Notes: generated by a model from the letters alone, not told the origin. 64,000 bases of DNA from Entomortierella parvispora E1425 (GCA_020891255.1 BQFW01000009.1:1550001-1614000); one strand, 5' to 3'. Counted from the stretch's first letter, positions 37,643-50,820 are shown. Numbers and translations are program-made.

Positions 37643-40600
37643 ATGACCGCCCCATTTTCGAACAGCATCAACATCGACGACACCTCCACAACCCAGCCCA
37701 GCATCAACGGACAGGCAGGCCACACCCATGAGCTGGCAAAACCGCAGCAGGTATCCGTCCTTCCTACAGCAGCTGAAAGGACCAGCCAAGCCCCATCTAT
37801 CATGAGCAAGGCTTCTGGTAAGTTGTGGGGATTGTTCTTCTCTTATGCACCGTGATATGTATGCTGATGATCTCGTCTGTAGCCCTTTGTTAACTTTTCA
37901 TGGCCTCTCTATCCTTCTAGTTTTGTTCCCCAGGATTCAACAGGACAAGGAACAATCATCTTCAGCAGGATTTCGTCCGACAATCTCTGCATTAGGACCG
38001 AGTCAGAGCATGAACGGCACTTCCAGCTCCTTGCCAAATGGAGCTGCTTCCTCTTCAATCTCGCCTACCGCCACCGCCACCGTTGCTGCGGCAGCCAATG
38101 GTAGCGCTGACACACCCAAGAAGACCAGGAAAGTGGTACGTTCCGCCGATCCACAATCGCTAAAACGATCCAGTGGCGATGCAGGGGCGGATGACAAAAC
38201 AGTGCGCAAAAAGAGAGCCGCTAACCCATTGGCCATGTTGAGCCCTGAAACCTTCAGCAAGACGTTAGCAGAGGCAGGATCGTCTATTGGAATGATTCAT
38301 GAAAGACTTTTGGGAGCCTCTGCTGTAAAAGGGCGGGTGCGCAATATTTTGCCATTGACGCCAAAACTCTCAACTAATGCGACTTTGGCAACAGAGCCAA
38401 CACTTTCTGGAGGAGGAGGAGGAGGAGACGACCAGAAGAGATTTCAGTGGCCAAAAAAGACGGATCAGCCTGCTACTTCGGACAGTGCTGGCCATTCTCC
38501 ATCGAACGCGACCTCGTTACCACTGTTGCCTACAGAGGGACTTCCTGGAAGCCTGAACGACTTGATGATCTTCTTGGACAGGTTCCAACACAAATGGCAA
38601 GATGAAAGATTGGAACTAGTCTTGTATGGTCTCACGGATCTGGATCGGATACAGCTTTTGCTGCAGGTGACTACCTCACCGTATGGACATGTGTCCACAA
38701 TTCGGGATTATTTGCAGTCTCGATGCGAGCCTAGGGTCATGGATGCCAGAGAAGCTTTGCGACCAACGTAGGTTCATTCTTCAGACTTGCTTCCGCTATT
38801 GCCTATTGATCTCTTTCTGGTATTCTAACTTCTTTGAGGATCGACGGGACAATTTTCTCTTCTCTTTGGTAATCGGATACATCACAGACTCAAAACTGTC
38901 CTCAATCACTTGGCCTGTGCACAAAAATCTCGGACATCCAACGCGGTCCGGATCCTCCTGGCAACCACAGCCATGCTCATGGAAACCATAACTCTGGAAG
39001 TGGATCAGGTTCCGACTTCGGGATTGTACATGATCAACGAAACATATTTCCGTCCTGATGAAGATTGGCCAGAGCTAGGGCAGCGGATACATTCGTCCAT
39101 TATCTCGTTGAAGTACTTGGCTGGTCTTTGGGAGGATGTCTTGAGGCGAGCAGAAGATTGTTCCTATATTCTGGACCTGACTCTGGCAGAGTACGAGAGC
39201 ATCTCGGAGGCGTTGGAGGCTTTGAGAGAGGCATGGGAGGTGGAAGGGCGCGTGGATTTGGAAGAGGTAGGAAGCATGGAGACAAAGGTGGACAGGGTCC
39301 TGAGGATTCTAGGCCGGAAGACCCGATTGCTCAAAGCGGCACTCCGCAAATCACACGGGGCCCGCACGGACACTTTTTCTGCGACATCCACGCTTGCCAG
39401 AGCGACTGCAACATCCACGCCTGGTACGCCCGCGACATCTCCACCTGGAACGACTGGAGCATCCACGCCTAGAGCGACTGCAACATCCACGCCTAAAGCG
39501 ACTGCAACATCCACGCCTAAAGCGACTGCAACATCCACGCCTAGAGCGACTGCATCATCTACGCCTACAGCGACTGCGACATCCACGCCTAGAGCGACTG
39601 TGATATCTATGCCTGGAGTGTCTGCGACATCCACGCTTGGAGGGACCGCGACATCCACGCCTGGAGCGACTGCGCCTGCCTCTCAACCTCCAAAGGACGA
39701 TACGATCGCAAGACCGCCACACTCACTGGCCAACCTCCCAAAGATTGCTCCAAAGGCAACAGCTGCCTCAAAGCCAAAGTCTTTATCACAGACGGCTGGG
39801 ACCACCATCGTAAGCGCGAGCTCTCCTCAGACTACCTCCCAAAGCGCCACCGATGGAAATGAGGGACCATCACCCATGGATGGACTTGTTTTGTCGACTC
39901 CACAACAGCCCAAGAGACAGCCAGATCTAAAGCATGTCACAGCAGCGGCCACGATACCTAATAGAGCGAGCTCAGACAATGCTTCTACTTGGTTGGCATT
40001 ACAGCAAGCAAAGGCAATAGAAATTCTCTTGCGTACGAGGGCACCAGCTTCAGCCTCAGCATCCTCATCATCGTCATCAACAACACCAGCACTAGCATCT
40101 GCACCTGCACCTGCACCTGCACCTGCATCAGTACCTGCACCAACATTAGCACCTGTACCTGCACCTGCACCTGCATCACCGACACACAGCAGAGCATCGT
40201 CAGTGTCTAAACAAGCTGCCTCGCCAACGCCCTCTACCTCAGCTGCCGCAGCCGCCCCAATCAATGGAACGGCTCAATCCTCCCCTGCATCAAGACGCTC
40301 GACGCCTATCGGATCATCACGCAAGGTGGTACCAACTCTGGCGTCTTTATCGCCCGTGAGAAGTTCGTTTTCACCGTCATCATCTGCCTCCCCAATTCTG
40401 CATGGATCATCTGGAAGCAGCAGTAGCAGCAACACCAGGGCAACACCAGGCGTCGTGTACTCCATGTTCCCACCGTACGGCCGTGTCACAGTCGGGCCTC
40501 CGGTGGTAGCCCCCGAGAAGGCCGAATATCGGGAAGCTACCGCCATGTCTATTTTGACAGCTCCCACACAGCTAGTAGACAACACTCCAAAGGAGCTCGC

Positions 40601-42002
40601 ACTACATCTTGCAGACACCAATGCTTTGCCGTCAATTTCCAGAAGACTCTCAACCCCTGCCCAAATTGCTCCTATTGAGATTGATGACGCGCAGGAAGTT
40701 GAAGCGACTATCGTGGACGATGACACCAGCATGGCGAATGCTACGGGACTAGAGGCGAATGGACAGTCTGATAGTCTTTATCAGGATACACATATGGCTG
40801 AGGCTGATGAGCTTTCCGAGCACCATGGTGATGACGAGGGCGAAGATGGAGAGGATTCTCTCTATGAACCGGAGGAAGGCCACGATTCAGCCAACATGAT
40901 CACAAAAGAGTCTGACTCTATAAGAGGAACGGAGACCTCCGCAGGAAGGACGCAGCCTCATGAGGTCAAGGAGATTGCAGGATCTGCTGCCAGTGGAACC
41001 CACCTTCGTGTGAACTCGAATATATCTTCAGAATCCTTCTATGACGCCACTCAAGCGTTCACGGGATCTGAAGATGAGGAGGATCAACTAGTGGACGAGG
41101 ATTATAATGTCGACATCGATAATAACCACCAAGATGATCACCGCGATTCTGGTCTCTCTCACAAGACGGAGGGCCTCTTTGGCAAAGCACAGTCACCTGT
41201 TCGACATGAAAGTCAAACAGCATCCGGAGTGCAATCTTCTCGGTCCTCCAGTGCTCATTCCTCGGCCACGAGGCAAACAAAGATAACGGCGCACATGCTA
41301 CGGAGGATCAACATTGCAGCGGCGGAAGCGGTTAAGAAAGAGGAGGAAGCAAAGATGCGAGCCCTTTTAGAGCGACCTTCGTGGATCGCAGCGGACGATA
41401 ATGACGATAGGGAGACGACGATCCGGGCAAGCACTGGGGGTCTCTCTTCCTCGGCAACACAGACTGGTTCCAGAGCAACTACGCCTGCTCGTTCGACGAC
41501 CCCTTCCTCCTCTTCTTCCAGACTGTCGATGGGACCCAGGAAATCCACGCCGACCCCAAAAGAGAAACCAGCCAAACCTGAACATGCTCCCTTGCCGATC
41601 AAGGCGGCGCTTACGCCAGAGGAAGAGGCATTGGCGATTGAGAGGGCGCAAAGCGCTAAAGAGGGCAAGATTTACAAGATGGATGTCAAGAATGCACGAG
41701 TAGGCGCAGTCATCATCCCTGCCCATCTGTATGTGGCGCCCAAGACGCTCCTCACGCCAAAGTACACACCGGAAGAGTTGGAGGCGCTGGCGGCCAAGGT
41801 GAGTCTTGGGGCAGACGTGTCCAGTTCAGGCAGTGGCAGGAGAAGTACGCGGAGGTCGGGAGCTTCGGAAGAGCCATTGCTGGATCTAGACATGGCGCAA
41901 TCGATCAAGAAGCTCAAGATGAAGAAGGAGACGGCGCAACGGATAGAGAAGGAAGGGAGTGCAGTATCGACATCGTCGTCGACTTCCAAAAGCACGATTT
42001 GA
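37643..42002 (+). CDS. Large hypothetical protein, mostly disordered, with a central helical region and an 8-aa tandem repeat (3 exons)
   Basis: Three long ORF pieces join in frame through GT-AG introns (about 37819-37920 and 38768-38887). The last exon is about 3.1 kb without a stop. Basic clusters (RKKR, KKLKMKK) are present. No family recognised. Confidence 0.75.
39378..39672 (+). repeat. Coding minisatellite, 24-nt unit (AGAGCGACTGCAACATCCACGCCT) encoding (R/K)ATATSTP
   Basis: About 11-12 perfect to degenerate units read directly. Confidence 0.92.
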
Positions 42003-42244
42003 TGAGGCGTTAGAACAAAAGAGTGTTTATGTATTCCTTTCTTTTTTTTTTCTTTTTTTCGTGCCCGCTCACTGTATATCTCAATAAAAGAATGGGTGGC
42101 ATTGAGAATCAAGTCTTTGGGGTCCAAGGCAATGAAGAACGATTGGTGTTGACAAGAGAGCGAGGTGTAGAAAAACGACAAACGGCTCGTTCGACAATTT
42201 TTTTTTTCTTTCTTGTTTTTCTTTGAAAAAATTGTTTATTTTAT

Positions 42245-43729
42245 TCAAACGACAGGAGACGGAGCAGATGGAGGGCGATATCTCTTGACATCCATGCCCT
42301 CTGGCACCACCAAGGCGCCTTTTGGACCGACCTCATACATCCTTCTCAAAACACCATCCAGAATAAAAGCGGTCAAGCCCCAGACTATGCAACCATCGTC
42401 CTTGTCCCCGGTCTGGAAGACTGGGTACATGTATTTTGAATCCCGAAAACGCACCATGTTGCCCTCCCGCTTCTTGTCATCCAACAAGTCCTGGATGGGG
42501 ATCGTAAAGACCTTTTGAACCTCGTCCGTGTTGAAGCGAATGTCTTTTTCCACGTCCTCGATAGGGGCTTTGAGGAGACCAATGATGGGTTGGACGCGCA
42601 TGGTGCAGTCCTTGTTGGGCATGGGCGTGTACTCGCCCAAGATCTCGACCTCGGACGGGGCAATGAAGATTTCTTCTTGCATCTCCCGAAGAGCCGTGAA
42701 GAGCAAGGAAGGGTCAGACTTGTCCCGCTTTCCACCTGGAAAGGAGCATTCGCCGCGATGGTTCCGAAGCCTGGAGGAGCGCATCGTGAACAGGACACTG
42801 GGCACGCCTTTGACGATGCAGAGAGGCTGAGTTGAAAGAGAGATAGGAAAGAGCCATGAGGCGATTAGAACAAAAAGAAAATCATTTCGATAAGATAAAA
42901 ACCTCCTTGCAAAGGTCCTTCATCTGCAGTGCGAGTGTGGCCTGATACAAGTGTCATTTTTAAAGTTTTTTTTTCATTCTCAAAATTCATTTGAACTCAC
43001 CATGAAGACAGCAGCCTCGCGAAGGGGCTTATCCTTGCAATATTCAAAATGATGGCTGGGCTCCTCGTCGCTGTCGTGGGCTGTCACCCTGGCGAGTCGT
43101 TTCTTGGCCAGATCCAAGAAGGGTTTGTCCAGCTTCATTCTCATGATGGTGTCCAAGGCGGTTGGGGGAGAGACGGGAGGGGTTTTCATCATGGGGGGAA
43201 TGGTTCTGGAGGCATAGGAGGCATGTTTCAGGGATGGCTGTCTCCGTACCCTTTGCTGATGGGAAGGATAAACCTGAAGACGTTGCTGTTGTTCCTCAAA
43301 GAGCTGCTCGAGGTAGGCTTTGGAGGGTTGAGGGACGGGCGGGGGTTGGTAAGGCAGTTGAAACCGGTATTCGAGCGGGAGAGGGACATGTTGTTGGTAT
43401 TGGGGGGCAAAGATCTTGGTATCGCTGTGGTTGTTGGTTGCACTCAACAAGAAGGGTTGAGAGGCAAAAGAGACGGAAGAGGCAGCGGAGGACGACAAGG
43501 AGGACTCCTTGCAGTCCTGGGTTTGTGGCTGCTGTTGCTGTTGGCTATGGTGCTGTTGAGAGACGATCGAAGATCGGGATCGAGTGGCGGTAGTGGTGGT
43601 GGTGACACGAGTGGATCGAAGGCCGTTCCTGGACGTTATTGAGGAAGCAGCAGTAGGAGGTGTCACAAAGTGGGACAGCATCGAGCGCTGAGGGCAGCGG
43701 CAGGTTGTGGGCAACAGGAACGAGGACAT
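42245..43729 (-). CDS. Nudix hydrolase, CoA-diphosphatase type (NUDT7/NUDT8/Pcd1-like), 2 exons
   Basis: LREAAVFM|PLC..VLFTMRSSRLRNHRGECSFPGGK (UPF0035-type motif), Nudix box GGKRD..TALREMQEEI and IVWGLTAFIL. Long Q/S/T-rich N-terminal extension. Confidence 0.9.
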
Positions 43730-46000
43730 TTTTCTTCGATTTTTTTTTTTTCGTGTTCAAGGACAGAGAAGGGTTCAAGGATGGGGTGGATGGGAAAATC
43801 AAAAGTGAAGAGAGTGGGAAAGAGAGAGAGAAAGATCGAATTCGGGAACGATACAGGATTAAGAAGAAGAAGTAGAAGAGTGGAGAGAAGAGAGAGAGCA
43901 AGAGCAATGGCTGGCTAATGGTTTTTCGAGAGAACCAAGAAGAGAGTGAAGCAGAGAGCGCGAGAGAGTAGGGACGTTTTGCTTCGGGAAAACGAAGGGC
44001 AAGGTGCTCTATTTAAAGCAAAATGAAACGGGCGCACGTTCCACACGAAGGGCGGTGGTGGCCCTCCGAGAAATTATCGTGCCCTGCTTGCGCGCTCTCG
44101 TTCTCTCTTGCTCGCAGTTGGTGTCTCTTGTTCGTGGCCAGGCATGACCAACCCTCCCACCCGAACGAGTATGTCTACCATATTTACCTAGAACTGGACT
44201 CTGGAGTTATCAATTTCTTTTTTCTTTCGCCCGTATCTTTGCGCCTCTGTCATGTGGACTATTCCTGATTCTTCAGTGTGGAGTAGCTCAATGACAGAGG
44301 GTTTTGCGCGTATAGCTCTCTTGTTATTTGTTGCTCTCCCCATTGCCCCTCGTCCTCTCCGCTCCACCCTCCCCGCAATCTACCTTTTACTGCAATGTCA
44401 TCCAGCTAGTTCCTCTCGCGAGACAAACAAAAGAAGCTGGACAATCAAATCAACAGTGCAAAAAAAAAACATTTTGGCCCTGCTCCCCCCTCTTTTCGAG
44501 ATCCCTTCTTCTTCCGAAGTCAAACTAGGACCTTCGGAAGTTGAGAACCTCATGGTTACTTCATTCCTGCAACAGCGGCTCTCGAAGAAAAAAAGAGAAG
44601 CTGCCCCGCTTTCCTCGTGTTGAGAGAGGGGTAGATTACTATAAGAAGCCTCTGGGGGCGTGTGGAGTAGACAAGCGACTGGGTACAAACACATGTGTCA
44701 AAACCCCATGAGAAGGTCAGATTTTCCCGCTCTCTCTTTGCATTGAAGGATTGATGCCCATGGTCGTGTTTCGATCCGGAAATGTTGGTGGATATCTGGT
44801 TCCAATATAATGGGATGATGATGACTTTATACTCAGAGACTGACCGACCCAGGTGGGAACATGGACGCTAGAGCTGACTTTGTGTGCTGGTGATCCTAAG
44901 GTAAGTCGTTTCACGAAGGGTCGTTCAGTCTGTTTTGTGTGGCCCTGCAACCAATGGAGCCATTGGGATGCAATTTAGAGTCTTTGAGGGGCGTGATCTG
45001 CCAAACCTACGAAATCCCCTCGCCCGTCTCTCTCCACTGGATCGGGAGGAACTGTCGCGTCCAAATCTTCTTTTGCCCGCGTTTCCACTTTTTTTTTTCT
45101 TTTTTTTTCTTACTCTTTGACGCTTCAAACTTCTTGTTCGGGTGAGAGGGTTGTTCAGGTGGACCCAGTTTTCTCTCTGTCGTTTTCGTTCTCTTTTGTT
45201 GCACTTGGGAGAGGTACGTGCCATCTGCTGCTTTGTGTGGAGAAGAGAAAGCAAAAACCCCCTCACCCTTCCCCCTGTTTCTCTACATCGTGAGATCGAC
45301 CACTCGTTCAGGGTCAAACAACAAACCTGATGTCGTCTTCAGTCTCGGTCTCGTTGTTCCTTGTTTCTCGCGTTCATCCAGACTTTTGACAAGTTCTAAT
45401 GACTCAAACTGCTGATTTGATGCCCTTAAGAATCCCTCCTTCACACATGACCACACATGAGGCCCATTCTCAACACATGCAACACTCATGCAACGCCCAT
45501 GCAAGCACACTCACAAGTTCACACGCGACTCTTCACTCACTGCCTGCTCCTCTCCTCTTGATCGGGACCTTCTTAAACGAAGCGAGGCTTGCTCTCTCTC
45601 TCCAAGAAGAGGTCATTACTTCGCTCCAGCGTGCTGCAGCACAGAGGAAAGACAGAATAAAAGAATAAACAGATGGACACATGCAACAGGAAAGGAGGAA
45701 AGGAATGGCGCAAGAGAGAAAGGAGTATGCCTTCGACTGCCCTACACTGACAGACATCCACGCCGTAGCCATGAATGATCAATTAATATCGTATCTGCGG
45801 ACCTGTGCCTGCGCCACCAACCTTGTTTCCAACCCAAAAAAAAAAAATTGCTGCGTCGCATTGCCGCCAGGCTCGCAGCTGGTCGGACTCATTGGAGGCG
45901 CCCTTGGACATCTTGTCATATAAAGCCTTCCTTCCTTTTCTTTTTTTGTTTCTTTCCAAACACAACCTCTTCTTCACTTGCCCCTTCGCAGAAACACACA

Positions 46001-47287
46001 ATGACTCCCAACATCAACATCAACATCAACAACAAAAACAATACAAGAAAATCAGAGTTGTATTCTCTTCCAGTCTTCTTTCTCCCCAAGGATCTGCTGG
46101 AAGCACTCGTCCCTGAAGCCCCTTCCTCTGCCACAGATACCTCCCAACTTGTCCTCTCCAATAGCACTTCCTTTCGTCCTTTTCATCGCAAGGAGGATGA
46201 GTCGTCGCTTTATACCCATGATACCCCAAGCGCCTCATCAATTTCCTCTGTACCAACAGCCCACGTTCGACTGCCTATCTCTATCCCCACCCATGAGACT
46301 TCTTCCCAGGTCAAGTCCACCCCAGTGCCACCTCGCGTTTCAGCCCCTTCCCCTTCCTGCCGTGTCTGCAACGTGGCGAGCTTTGGATCTGTTCAACTGC
46401 ACCGCGACCATGCCAAATCCGACTGGCACCGCTACAACCTGAAGCATTCCTTGCTGGACAAGGAGGGATTCCATCCCATCTCTGAACAACAATTTGAAGA
46501 CATGCTCCAGCACATCTCGAGTCTCTCTGCCTCAGGAGACGATGACTATGAGGAATCGTCTGACGACATCGATCAGCATCATAACATGCCTGCCCAATCG
46601 TCTATGATTCTCTACCAGTCCACCCACCGCCACCGTCACCAAGGACCTATGGATCAAGTCCATATCCAGTCCCTGATGCAGAAGCTGGAGGTGGCTGTTC
46701 AACAAAAGGTAGAGTTTCGAAACTCGGATCCTGTCAAGGTTCATCTGGAGAATGTCTTGGAGCAGAAGGTCCAAGAAGCTCGTGAGACGCCATTGATCTG
46801 GTTCAAGGCCCCAGACTTGTATGGATCGACGGTGAGGCTGGGTGTTTACAAGAATACTCTCTTTCCTCGGAACGAGAGCAATGAACTTGGGCGAGTCATG
46901 GAGGCGCTGCAAGAGGCTCAGATCGAGAGACCGCCCTTGCCGCCTAAAAAGCTGAAGATGAAAAGAGCTGCTAGAGCTGCTGCTGCTGCTGCGGAAAAAG
47001 CGACCAGGGCTTTGAAGGATGGAGAAGAGGACATTATAGAATTGTCTTTGGCGACCGAGATCCAACCTGCAGAGGATAATCAAGAAAAGGCAGCGGAGGA
47101 GAAGACTCGATCCCCTCGCTACTGGACCATGTTCTTGCTCGGCGGAGGACATTTCGCGGGAATGGTTGTGGATCTCGCAGGTGAGATGCCCCTGCATGGC
47201 CAGGGGAAGAACCAGAACCCCACACCTAATATGAAGATCGTCGCCCACAAGACCTTCCATCGCTACACTGGTAAGAAGAAATCCAAC

Positions 47288-47319
<32 letters not shown>

Positions 47320-48696
47320 TGCTTGAATCTAACAATCGAACTCCTCCCTTTAGTCCGCAAAAAGAATGGAGGTGCCCAGGGTACGCACGGCGGATGCAAT
47401 TCCGCTGGTGCCAGGATCAGGATGTACAACGAGACAGCACTCAAGCTGGAGGTTCGGGAATTGGTCGATTCTTGGAAATCTTGGATTGAACAGTCAGAGA
47501 CCGTCTTCTTGAATGCTCCTGGAAACAACCGCAAGACGTTTATTCATGGTGATTCATTGATGGCTCAAGTTGAAAAGCAAGGACGTGTGCGCTCTATTCC
47601 TTTTGTAACCCGAAGACCGACCCTTACAGAGCTCAAGCGGGTATTCACGGAACTGACAACAGTCAAGGTCGAGCGATTGGATGACAACGAGCTGGAGCTT
47701 CAGGAACGGGCGGGACAGGAGGCATTAGAGAACGCGTTTGCAGCCTCTCAGTCGAGGTTTATGGTGACCCTTCGTGAGATGGAGTCTGATTCTGATTCTG
47801 CTTCAGACGACGAAGAGGATTCGGCTCGCTTGACAATCCTCCCTTCAACTCTTCAGGAGCCAGTGATACTGGAGCGCTCCGCAGAGTTGCAAAAGTGGGT
47901 CGAGATGGTCAAGAAGGGCCGATTGGAGGCCATGTCATCGCATCTGGAGCGGCACTCTGGCTTACTGCACCCTTCTCGTTTGTTGCCGCAGAACCCTCGC
48001 AATGTGGATTATGATCGCCGAAGGACGCCGACAATACTCCATCTGGCGGCTCATTCAGGACACCCTCAACTAGTCCAACGATTGCTTGAAAGGCATGGTG
48101 CCAACCCAACCGTGACAGTCTCTTCTTTGGTCCAGCAGCAGATCAACATTTACGAGTGCAATGGAACAGAGCCCCCAAGTGATTCAGATGGACTCTTTGA
48201 GCCAGCGCTCTTGACTCCTAAATCCTTCAGTTGGACAGCGTATGATGTCTCCAAGGACAAAGATACCAGGGATTCCTTCCGCAGAGCGATGGCAAGTCTG
48301 CCCGATCGTTGGGACTGGGCTTTGAAGGCTCACGTGCCTTCTGCCTTGACCCCAGAAATGGAAGCGAAAGCAGCTGTCATTGCTGCTGCCGCTGTTGCAG
48401 AGCAAGAAAAGCGACAAACTCAGGAGACAAAGAAACTCAAGAAGTCTGCAGTGGGAAGTGTCAACACCTTGGGCTCGTCTATCCTCCCTGCCAGTGGATC
48501 GGATAATATTGAATCCACTCTGAAGGCAGTTCGCTTGAGCGACGAACAGCGGATGAGAATTGACCGCGAAAGACGAGCTCAGGCGGCGGAGGACCGCCTG
48601 GCGGCTTCTAGACCTTGCACTCTTTCTGGTGCTCTTTTCCACAAAGAAGATTCGTTCACATTGGGAACTATGGCTGAATCGATCTCGAAAGAATAG
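46001..48696 (+). CDS. VMS1: Vms1/ANKZF1 (C2H2 zinc finger, VLRF1 domain, ankyrin, VIM), 2 exons
   Basis: CRVCN..HRDHAKSDWHRYNLK, FLLGGGHFAGMV, KTFHRYT|VRKKNGGAQG (catalytic Gln kept), SAGARIRMYNE, IPFVTRRPTLTELKR, ankyrin TILHLAA and VIM RRAQAAEDR. Confidence 0.93.
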
Positions 48697-48903
48697 ACAA
48701 TAAAAGAAGAGCGACGTTTTTTTTTTTTTTTTTGGCCCATTCAAGGAAGTAAGCAAAAAATTTGCAGAAAGACTGGATACCTTGAGAGGAGGTCTTTGAC
48801 CCCGAGTTACACTTGAGACAAACTGCATCCATGGGTGAACGAGCTTGTCATAAGATTGTGCTTTATTTTGTTATTATGGAGATACTCCAGTGGACTAAAT
48901 CTG

Positions 48904-48918
48904 CCCCCCCCCCCCCCC
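48904..48918. repeat. Poly(C)15 tract between VMS1 and F-box copy A
   Basis: 15 consecutive C read directly. A poly(G)12 tract also occurs at 32459-32470. Confidence 0.85.
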
Positions 48919-48976
48919 ACGGGACTTTTCCTGTTTGATCAATAGAGGAGTTGACTTCCGATCCGCCCATTTATCT

Positions 48977-50605
48977 TCAGAATACAGTCCTGGCAGTCAA
49001 GCGAGGATTCAAGAGCTTCCTCGCCTGTTCATCAAAGACCATGCCCCTGAGTTCTGTCAATTGGGTCCAATGTTTGAGGGCCCAGCTCGCCTCTGCCTCC
49101 GTCCAGGTAACAAATTCGGACACAGAAGGGGCAATAAACTTCTCCAGTCGTTGCAGAGTCCTCAATTTGTCCAAACCTGTGCCCAATAACAGTTTCGTCC
49201 TATGAGCCATCGCATCTCCTGTAAATGCATCGGGCAAACTGCGGCTGATGAGAAAGTCCATCGACAAGTCAAGGCTCGTGAGGTTTTCCAGGCTACCAAC
49301 TCTCTCCAGAACCATCTCCTCTGCTCGTTCGTCCAGGAGAACGATGGCCATTTTCAACTTCTTCAAACCGGTGCACACCCAGGGACCACTACCGCCCTTG
49401 AGGATATCAACGTCGGTTATGTAGTCGATTGTAAGCTCTTCAAGACTGGGTACCGAAGACAGGATAGCTTGTGCGAGCTCTCCGGTGCTGCTACTGGTTC
49501 CGCACTTCAATCCTAACACCCTGAACTTTGTCAGCAACTGAGGGGTCTCCCTCTGGTAAGTTTTGAGAGACTCCACGTCCATGATCCCGTCATTACATTC
49601 GACTCGGGACAGTTTCGGAAATAGGAGGGAGAGCTCCTTCAGGTCGTTGCGTCTCATATCCGCAGAGCGTAGCGTCAGAGTCTGGAGGCACTGACCAAAA
49701 GGGGTCTTCTGAGAAATTTCGACAAGCCTAGAACCCAAACCATCAATGGAATCACAACTAAAGCGTACCAGCTCTGGGCTCTTCGCAATGAGCAGCGTAT
49801 GGATGATATCGGTTGTAAGACCCTTGTATCCAGATGACTTCAAGTCAAGATATTTGATGATGGTTGATTCTTTGCTTGAAAGGATTTCCAGCGCATCCAT
49901 CTGGTCTTTTTTGGATATACCAACATTTTGGATATTTCCATTCCAGGTTAGGGACTCCAGACGGGACCACAGGGGCCCGTACCATTTCATCCAGTGCTGC
50001 AGCGAGTCAAAGTGCTGGGAATGTAGCTCCAGTTTCGCCAGTTGGGTGCACCCAGAAAAGGCACCAAGGACATTGTTGCTGGTATCGGAATTAGAGATGA
50101 AGACTCTCAAAGACGAGCGATGTCTCTTGATCAGTGCTGCAAGCGATCTTTCATTCTTGAGCACAGTGCGTCCCCACCAATTGTGCTGATAGAGTGTGTC
50201 GTGAATCTCCAGATGCGTCAGATTTCGACATTTGATAGTACTGCAGGGCATCTTGAAGTTGCCATAGCACGACAGGATCAGTTTCTGGACCAAGGACCAG
50301 TATTTGTCGCGCTCGGGAAGTGGCGGTCCGGAGGGATCGTATTTGCTCAAGTTTATCTCTAATCTGGACCAGAGAGCAGGAAGAAAGGCCTGGTACCAGT
50401 TGAAACTGACGCGAAGACAGGTAGCTACATCGTGTTTGTGCATGTATGAAGTGATGAGTTGCAACAATTCTGGAATGTCCAGAGGACTCGGTGGGGTGAA
50501 TGCAGACTGAGAGTCCATGGGCTCTCCTGGTTGCTGCTGCATTTGCTGGCTGATGAGATGGTTTGATTCTACAGACAATGGCGAGGCACATGGATTGCGC
50601 TGCAT
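48977..50605 (-). CDS. F-box-like + LRR (RNI-like) protein, tandem copy A, intact and intronless
   Basis: SPLDIPELLQLITSYM..CLRVS..W..FLPALW is F-box-like, followed by LxxLxL repeats, WVCTGLKKLKM and GLDKLRTLQRLE. The ORF is open from 50785, but the start is probably at 50605, 50542 or 50518. Confidence 0.85.
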   Translation of the reverse strand: MQRNPCASPLSVESNHLISQQMQQQPGEPMDSQSAFTPPSPLDIPELLQLITSYMHKHDVATCLRVSFNWYQAFLPALWSRLEINLSKYDPSGPPLPERDKYWSLVQKLILSCYGNFKMPCSTIKCRNLTHLEIHDTLYQHNWWGRTVLKNERSLAALIKRHRSSLRVFISNSDTSNNVLGAFSGCTQLAKLELHSQHFDSLQHWMKWYGPLWSRLESLTWNGNIQNVGISKKDQMDALEILSSKESTIIKYLDLKSSGYKGLTTDIIHTLLIAKSPELVRFSCDSIDGLGSRLVEISQKTPFGQCLQTLTLRSADMRRNDLKELSLLFPKLSRVECNDGIMDVESLKTYQRETPQLLTKFRVLGLKCGTSSSTGELAQAILSSVPSLEELTIDYITDVDILKGGSGPWVCTGLKKLKMAIVLLDERAEEMVLERVGSLENLTSLDLSMDFLISRSLPDAFTGDAMAHRTKLLLGTGLDKLRTLQRLEKFIAPSVSEFVTWTEAEASWALKHWTQLTELRGMVFDEQARKLLNPRLTARTVF

Positions 50606-50820
50606 TGCCCTTTTTTTGCGATGCGCGGTTGGACCAACGCGCCACTTCTTTTGCACGTGATGGAATCCGCACACGCCTTCCTTGCTGAAAAAAAGACGCC
50701 GTCGTACACCGCTGCTCCCCCGCCTGTGGACCTGCACATGAGTGCGCTGTGGGTCTGAGTTTTCAGCAGGACTCACCCTGTACAAACGTCGTATGGGCTA
50801 TCTGCAAATGCGCCTTTATT

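Noticed and set aside
44810-44880. ATGATGA..CTGA..CTGA arrangement resembling a box C/D snoRNA
   Set aside because: The C-like box is part of a (GAT)n run, there is no terminal stem, and I could not match the guide segments to rRNA.
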